64,000 nt of DNA from Hormiphora californensis (Eukaryota > Animalia > Ctenophora). How positions within the stretch are numbered: position 1 is the stretch's first letter; each line of letters begins with the position of its first letter. This document shows positions 56,301 to 64,000 of the stretch, piece after piece. The DNA lies in the NCBI GenBank assembly GCA_020137815.1, contig CM035352.1:2666001-2730000 (forward strand). The letters run 5' to 3'. The translations under genes were made by a program, and so were the position numbers. The notes beneath the pieces were generated by a model that worked only from the letters and a program-made list of their open reading frames with translations, was not told where the DNA came from and ran no database searches.

Positions 56301-57879
56301 GGAGTACAACTACTAACCCAGAATATTATATCCCACAACGGCTACGCTATTAAAGTAGGAGCACACTCTCACAGCTATAAATTACCACTCTCACAGCTAT
56401 AAATTACCACTCCCTTTCAGATATTTCGAATATATAGCTTTTTATGTACTTGATGAAGGATTCAGAATCATTTATACCTTTCATTAAAATATATCTCCTT
56501 GCCTCTACTACCCTCTACCTCCATTCGCTCTGCGACATCGTGGGTGGTGCTATTTTAACCCACAACTGTATAACCTGTGTGACGCAGGTCGGGGACCGTG
56601 GGGTGAAGCGTGTAGGGAGAACTGGGGACATTGAAGTGGCTGGCGTCAGCACGGGGTACCAAGTCACGACACCCGACCTTACCCTCTACTGGGATGGAGC
56701 CCTAGGTAATAGCTCTGCATGCAGTAAATTAATTATAGTAGTATCTCCTGGAAAGTTTCCAGTCAAATATGGAGTATTTTACTTTTAGTTGGGAGCCCTA
56801 GGTAATAAAAATACTCTGGATGCAGTATATTAGTCTCTCTTTAAAAAATTTCCAGTGAAATATTCATGCAGTATCATATACTTTTAGTTGGACACTTTGA
56901 GTTGGACGCTAACTAGTTTTCACTTCTAACATGATCTAATTGTATTATTCAGGTTACACGGTGACAGTAGAGTGTGAGACAGTAACCAATGGATTATTCG
57001 GTCGGACATCTTGTCATAGTGATGATGATGCCAATGAGTCGGATCCGATCCGGGATTTCCTAATTACTGATCACACCCGAACATGGACAAACCTAGCCCC
57101 ACGATCACAAGAGGATGATTGTGATACTGTCAGGTATGAGGTTGTAGATCTAGCACGATCTATATTTTCTCTCTTGTGCATACCATACGAGGGGGAGGGT
57201 AAAAGTACCCAAGCTTTTTAGATGCATCACTTTTTTTCGGCCACGATTCTGCTTGCAAGGAAAATAACCTTAGCTACAAAAATTTTATTCCCCATTTATC
57301 ATTGTCGTCACCTTTTTAGATTCGAGAAGAAATGCAAAGAAATAGCCTCATCACCATTGTTTGCGAGCTGCCTGGGTTTCCTCGATTCGTCTGTGTTGGT
57401 ATCAAGCTGTGTTCAAGATGCCTGTACTAGATCTTGTACTGACTGCAGATCCAGACCAGATAACACTTATCGGGTAAGAATGGATGTAACGGTCAAATAC
57501 AATATGAAAAAGTTTCTAAAATTGTAATAGTTTCCACTAATAGTTCTTCTTTTCCAGTTCTATCCAAGTCCTGGGTGTCAGTTAGCAAGTGATATGGCTA
57601 TCCAGTGTTCCATCAGAGGAACCTACCTTCCGCCCTCCTGGAGAGACGCTGTATCTTGTCAAGATGGTGAGATGTTCCATATCCATCCCTCTCTTACCCC
57701 CACTCATCCCGCCCAGGCCCCTACCTGAGTATTCTATTCTGGCCCCTCCCCTCGGCCTCGACCCTCTTTTAGTGCCAACGCCGCTCTCTTTTCACCACCA
57801 CCCACTTCATTGTTCAGAGTTGTTGTCGTCAACACGCCCTGGAGTCTGCAGGCGGAACAGTGGATACGCCCTCTCCTAG
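53342..57879 (+). CDS. Secreted Ig + FOLN/Kazal + Ig + VWD + C8 mosaic protein (multi-exon)
   Basis: Signal-like MLLLYFSIIALST; Ig (WPC...ATLVLEDVSSKHQGWYFC); Kazal (PVCGSDCETHASVCEMKRAGC...HKGPC); Ig (PPVFT...ASPDPTYRWF); VWD-like (SGMSRVTSFSG...GTFLLV, NGLFG); C8-like (CKEIASSPLFASC...CVQDAC...SWRDAVSC). Confidence 0.65.
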
Positions 57880-57917
57880 ATGGACGATGAGCTATAACAA
57901 TGGGGGCTAAACAGACA

Positions 57918-57920
<3 letters not shown>

Positions 57921-58011
<91 letters not shown>
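57921..58011 (+). repeat. (GA)n microsatellite
   Basis: Direct reading. Confidence 0.95.
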
Positions 58012-58015
<4 letters not shown>

Positions 58016-58134
58016 TCTGTGTGTTACAACATACTATTGTTCAGACAGGTTGTTCTAAGACCAACAAAGTGTGTCTTTTTGTTCTCTGCCATCTATTTAA
58101 AGTAACACGCCCTTTCACTCTCACTTTCCTAATT

Positions 58135-60590
58135 ATGGCTTATCTGAAAGGTGTTGCCAGTGCGTTCCCTGAAAACACTATCTCTGCTTCCGATCTTGTT
58201 GATCTCTTTGAGCATGAAACATTTGGTTACTCCCCCGGTCGGATCTCTGCCATCAAGAAACTTGTACAGTCAATGGAGATTGAGAGTAGACCCACTGCAG
58301 TTAATTTTGAACAGTTTTGGAGGCCCCTGACTGAGGAGAAGGGTGGTGTGAATGGGGAGAATTTGTTCCGGAGATCTGGATTCAGGCCAACAATGAGTGA
58401 CCGGGCTACTGTGTGGGAGGTGGCTGCCAAGGTAATTACTATTGCTTACTTGCTCGATTTCTGAATTGTTAAAATATGTTACTGTTGATAAAAAGTTTTG
58501 CCTTTCTCGATCCTCTCGATCCGCGCCCCAGGGAGACCTTTGGTTGCCCCAGGGAGACCTTTGGTTGCCAAAGTTTTGGCTCAGGAAATAAACCAATTCC
58601 AAACTTCTAATTCTCCTAGGAGCTATCACGGGATGCGGCAAGGCGAGTCCTGAACAAAACTAACACACCCCTGGGGGAGGTGGATTGTGTGGTTACCAAT
58701 ACATCTACTGGCGTTATACTACCCAATCTGAGCACCTGGCTACCTCAACAACTGGGCCTACCAAACCTGAAGTAAGTCTAGTAGGTGAGGGACAGTTTTT
58801 GGACCAAAATGGATGTTTTGAGTGCTAGTAGATTTTACCTTCCATTGTAGAATTAAGGAGGTCCTCCGACAATTTTAGTAGACCATTCATCTCTCCCCAG
58901 CTCCATCTCCCCCTCTCTCTCCAGATGTAACTATTCTCTGGATAACACGGGGTGTGGTGGTGCCATCTCCTGTTTAGATCTTGCACGATCTCTCATCCTT
59001 GCCAAACGAGCTACCTGCATTCTTGTCGTCACAGTCGGTAAGAGTTAAATAGAAATATGGAATATAACTGCATAGTCTATTATATAATGGGATCACATGA
59101 AGGTAGTCTTCCCCCCTCTTCGTGGGTGGGTCAGTTGGTTGTCGTGACCTAGTTACTAAAAACCACGCAGTGCAGAGTCACTTCGTGGGTATATACCTTT
59201 TCTCTCTTTTGCGTCGGAGTAAATGGAATGTTCTATATAAAAAGGGGTCACATGTTTTCACAATCCCACATGTTGTACCCAGCAATGGTAGTTGAGAGTT
59301 GAATTGTTGTGCAACGTCATTTCTAAGATACTATGCAGTTATAAACTTGCGAACAAGACACACCCTGCGTAACGAGTTCTTCAGACAGTCTCCTTTAGAT
59401 ATTACAGTCGGACCCCGATTTAGGGACACCCTCGGGGGAAAGGCTCTTGTCCACTAAATCGGGGTGTCCACTAAATCGGGGTCAAATAAGGTTAAATTCC
59501 TATATCGGGGGGAAAAAATCCTGACCCTAAATCGGGGTGCCACTAAATCGGGGGTCCCTAAATCGGGGTCCGACTGTAGTAGGGGTGTAGTTAAATTATA
59601 GTAGGGGTATCATGCCCAATACAAGCGAGACACACTCCCTCATCTTGTCTTACTCCCGTTAGAACATATAACAACCCTCCTTCTCCACAGATTGCAGTAT
59701 CAAAGCCAGCCAAACTAAAACAACCCTCCTCCCCACAGATTGCAGTACGCCATACATCAACACTGGTAGTAGAGAGGTAATGGAGGCCGTCCTACCCAAC
59801 CTACTGTTTGGAGATGGTGCGGGTGCTGCTATTGTAACTAGTGCCAGAGAGAAAGGGAGTTGGAGGTTAGACGAACCAGCCGGGGTACTGTTAGGACCTG
59901 AAACAGCCAACTATATCCACCTGAAGGTAGGTTTTATACATGGTACATGGAACTTTACTGCACGTAAAAATATGATAATACCTATTCCTCCTCCCCCTAC
60001 ATTCCCTCTCCCCTAAATTCCCCCTCCCCCTACAATTTACATTCCCTCGCTCACTGCTCTCAAATTCCCCTCCTCCTCACCCCCTCATCTCCCCCGATTA
60101 GTTGACAGACCAGGGATACCATCTGAACTTGTCTCGAGACCTAGTTCCAGCGATAAAGGGTGTCTTAGAGGATCACTGGGACCGGCTAACTAAGGGTCTA
60201 CCAGCCTCCCCTGAACAAACTGAATGGGCACTTCACCCGGGCGGAAAGGGTAGGTTGTTTAAATATTGGGGTTGGTTGGACCTTGTAGACAGAAAGAAAG
60301 CGATATTTCCTCCCACCCACATAACATGGAATGGTATTGTGATTCAAATTGTATTTGAACTAACAAAATTGCTTTCAGGAATTCTTGATGCATTCCGATC
60401 CCATGGCCTGTCTGCTGAGTCCCTCCGACATTCATACCGTGTTATGAGAGAGAAAGGGAACATTGTCTCATCTACATTATTCTTTGTATTAGAGATGTTA
60501 CTAGAGGATCACCAGTACCCCCACGCCTGTCTAGTGGGTCCTGGACCCGGCATTGAACTCAAACTTATGGCTATAGAGAAAGTGGTGTAA
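58135..60590 (+). CDS. Type III polyketide synthase (chalcone/stilbene synthase superfamily), ~369 aa; exons 58135-58431, 58620-58771, 58925-59037, 59739-59926, 60102-60249, 60379-60590
   Basis: Phase-consistent GT-AG exons give GVASAFP, VVTNTSTG, NTGCGG (catalytic Cys), LLFGDGAGA, WALHPGG (His), KGNIVSS (Asn) and GPGPGIE. Confidence 0.9.
59405..59576. mobile_element. Complete Tc1/mariner-pogo-like MITE in PKS intron 3
   Basis: TIR cagtcggaccccgatttaggga...tccctaaatcggggtccgactg flanked by a TA target duplication. Confidence 0.85.
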
Positions 60591-62239
60591 CAGAGCGTTA
60601 GAACAATATATTTTATGTGACTGTTTTTAATTTCATTCCCTTCATTCCTCGACCATCTTTCATTGTAATAAAGAGTTAGTAAGAGTTTTTGAATCTTTGA
60701 GTTTTGCGTAGTAGAACCTGTGAAGTGGTATCGCATTTCGGTAATGATGTATTTCGGTAGCGTCTAGCGAACTGTTAGGCTTGTGGTGTGTAATCTCTCT
60801 GTTGGTGACGTGTATTCTTATCTATTATTTTACTGTTCATGAGATAGTTGTCGTTCAGATTGTTCCAGAATTCTGCAGAATCGTCCAGATATGAAAATCA
60901 TGATTTCGGATCACTTTTCCAGTCGGTGGTCGAAAAGACTTTCTGTCGCAGTGAGTGGGCGGCAGGCGCGCGGACTAATTAGAAGTGTAAGTGTACTATC
61001 CGCGCACTGGAAAACTCTCACGCGTGAGAACATGGAGCTGGAGACCCTGAGGGTAGGGACCAAGGCGCCAATTACACACACTTCCCCTGTCTTATCTCTA
61101 GCGTGGCGTGTCTGTTACCCTCGGGCCTCGGTACATTTTAGTTTGACCGTCACCAGGATCCAAAGCTTAGAAATTGACCAGATGTGTATGATTGTGCATG
61201 ATTGGCGGTGCAGTGATGTGGAGACTGGAGTTCGTATGTGGCCTGGATTCCACAATGTGGAGTCCACATTGATTGTGGAGTCCACATTGATTGTGGAGTC
61301 CACATACTGATACATAGTCCAATGCCCACATTGTGGACACTGGACCATCTGAAACGAGCCTTAAACGTGTAGGTGCTTACTGTTATACTACATTACTACT
61401 ATAAGCTGTTAATAAGATTTCTCACCCCTCCTCTCTCCGACTTCTCTCACCCCTGGCCTCTCGCTGAATGATATCTCTCTCTCTCATCTTTCTCATCAGC
61501 GCTAGTGAGATATGTATCTTGGCTGATTGCCCAAGCTCAATTGAGTCTCTCACCTTTTGTGGTATTGTCGTTGTTTCCTTGCTTGTACCCCCAGCTTGTA
61601 CCCCCAGCCCCACACTTGTTACTCGACAACCGCTGCATGTAATATCAATCATTTACCATTTTACCATATCGACATATCAGTATCTTATTATCAGGGTGTG
61701 AACTGCATGTCGTGTTTGCTAGTCGCGAGCGCGCTTGCGAGACAAGTAAACACGTCAAGGTTCATTAACAAGCATGCTGCTCAGTCATTTTAGATTTAAT
61801 ACACAATGTAAGGATACCATGTAATAGGTGAGACTCTTGCCGTCACCCTCGTTCAAGTCCCGTGAAAAACGGAGCAGTACACGCAAACTGATGCCAATTT
61901 TCCTCGCGTGACCCCGATTCAGCAGTTTGAGACACCAACTCTTTAGGGGGCCATATCTCAGGAACCAGACAAGATAGGAAAAATCGCCGTCTAATGAGGC
62001 GTACAGTTTTTAATCTAGTTTACCACTGTACCGGCCGTTTCACTCTCCGACCTAAAACAAAAATCGCAACCCCACAAAACTTCAAAATAATGAAATTCGC
62101 ATCTCGCATGTCGTGTTGCATGTCGTGTCATGTTATTGACGCGCTCGCGTTCAACTCTCACACAGCAGCTGCAGAACATGGCGGGAAACATCGAGGAGTA
62201 GAGAGAGGGTCGGTGCCGAATCAAATATTTCTTGATCTT

Positions 62240-64000
62240 GATCTACTCCATCTCTCAGCTATCCTACCCCTCATCAACTCGATCTCTCAGCTACCCTACC
62301 CCTCATCTACTCCATCTTTCAGCTACCCTACCCCTCATCTACTCCATCTTTCAGCTACCCTACCCCTTATCTAGTCCATCTCTCAGCTACCCTACTCCTC
62401 ATCTACTCCATCTCTCAGCTTCCCTATTAGGGAAGCATAGAGATGGAAACGATTAGGGGTAGGGAATCCCTATCCATAATCGTTTCCATCTCTATGCTTC
62501 CCTAGCCCTCATCAACTCCATCTTTCAGCTACCCTACCCCTAATCTAGTCCATCTCTCCGCTACCCTACTCCTCATCTACTCCATCTCTCAGCTACCCTA
62601 CCTCCCATTTACTCCATCTCTCAGCTACCCTACCTCCCATTTACTCCATCTCTCAGCTTCCCTACCTCCCATTTACTCCATCTCTCAGCTTACCTACCTC
62701 CCATTTACTCCATATCTCAGCTTCCCTAACTGCCATTTACTCCATCTTTCAGATACCCTACCTCCCATTTACTCCATCTCTCAGCTTCCCTACCTCCCAT
62801 TTACTCCATCTCTCAGCTACCCAACCTCCCATTCACTCCATCTATCAGCTACCCTACCTCCCATTTACTCCATCTCTCAGCTTCCCTACCTCCCATTTAC
62901 TCCATCTCTTAGCTTACCTACCTCCCATTTACTCCATATCTCAGCTTCCCTACCTCCCATTTACTCCATCTCTCAGATACCCTACCTCCCATTTACTCCA
63001 TCTCTCAGCTTACCTACCTTCCATTTACTCCATCTCTCAGCTTCCCTACCTCCCATTTACTCTATCCCTCAGCTACCCTACCTCCCATTTGATCCATCTC
63101 TCAGCTTCCCTACCTCCCATTTACTCCATTTCTCAGCTTCCCTACCTCTCATTTACTTACTCCATCTCTCAGCTACCCTACCTCTCATTTAGTACTCCAT
63201 CTCTCAGCTACCCTACCTCCCATTTACTCCATCTCTCAGCTTCCCTACCCTCCCATTTACTCCATCTCTCAGCTTCCCTACCTCCCATTTACTCCATCTC
63301 TCAGCTACCTTACCTTCCATTTACTCCATCTCTCAGCTTCCCTTCCTCCCATTTACTCCATCTCTCAGCTACCCTACCTCCCATTTACTCCATCTCTCAG
63401 CTTCCCTACCTCCCATTTACTCCATCTCTCAGCTTCCCTACCTCCCATTTTACTCCCATCTCTCAGGGGTAGGAATGTTAGGATAAATGAGAGATGGAGT
63501 AAATGGGAGGTAGGGAAGCTGAGAGATGGAGTAAATGGGAGGTAGGGAAGCTGAGAGATGGAGTAAATTGGGAGGTAGGGAAGGTAAGCGATGGAGTAAA
63601 TGGGAGGAAGGGAAGCTGAAAGATGGAGTAAATGGGAGGTAGGGAAGCTGAGAGATGGAGTAAGTGGGAGGTAGGGTAGCTGAGAGATGGAGTAAAATGG
63701 GAGGTAGGGAAGTTGAGAGATGGAGTAAATGGGAGGTAGGGAAGCTGAGGGATGGAGTAAATGGGAGGTAGGGAAGCTGAGAGATGGAGTAATGGGAGGT
63801 AGGGAAGCTGAGAGATGGATAAATGGGTGGGTAGGGTAGCTGAGAGATGGAGTGAATGGGGAGTAGGGTAGCTGAGAGATGGAGTAAATGGGAGGCAGGG
63901 ATGGAGTAAATGGGAGGTAGGGAAGCTGAGAGATGGAGTAAATGGGAGGTAAGGTAGCTGAGAGATGGAGTAAATGGGAGGAAGGGAAGCTGAGAGATGG
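62240..64000. repeat. ~32-bp satellite array that flips orientation at ~63465-63490
   Basis: catttactccatctctcagcttccctacctcc units up to ~63465, then reverse-complement units to the window end. Confidence 0.93.

Noticed and set aside
60891-62456. Short ORFs downstream of the PKS as tailoring enzymes of a biosynthetic cluster
   Set aside because: No methyltransferase, oxidase or other enzyme motifs seen; no support for a cluster in this window.

Overview
Eukaryotic (animal) genomic DNA with short GT-AG introns, microsatellites, MITEs and satellite arrays. The compact genes, nested GPCR and outron-like acceptors suggest a ctenophore or similar marine invertebrate; this taxon call is inference. 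Genes reconstructed by hand: a CREC-family EF-hand protein, a stefin-type cystatin with two alternative last exons, and alpha-tubulin. Six tightly packed co-oriented minus-strand housekeeping genes follow (SNF8, TMX2, NOC2L, SEM1, intronless DHX8, DDX10), with an antisense intronless GPCR nested in TMX2. After these come an astacin metalloprotease, a PNT-only protein, a tetraspanin, an Ig-Kazal-Ig-VWD-C8 secreted protein, and a 6-exon type III polyketide synthase (chalcone-synthase-like) with an intact Cys-His-Asn triad. Top candidates: (1) the intron-containing type III PKS, an enzyme class not typical of animals and a probable domesticated horizontal transfer; (2) the operon-like six-gene cluster, where every start codon has an unpaired splice acceptor just upstream, consistent with polycistronic transcription and SL trans-splicing. 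Several small indels in conserved CDSs look like assembly errors. Exon boundaries were read by eye and may be off by a few bases.
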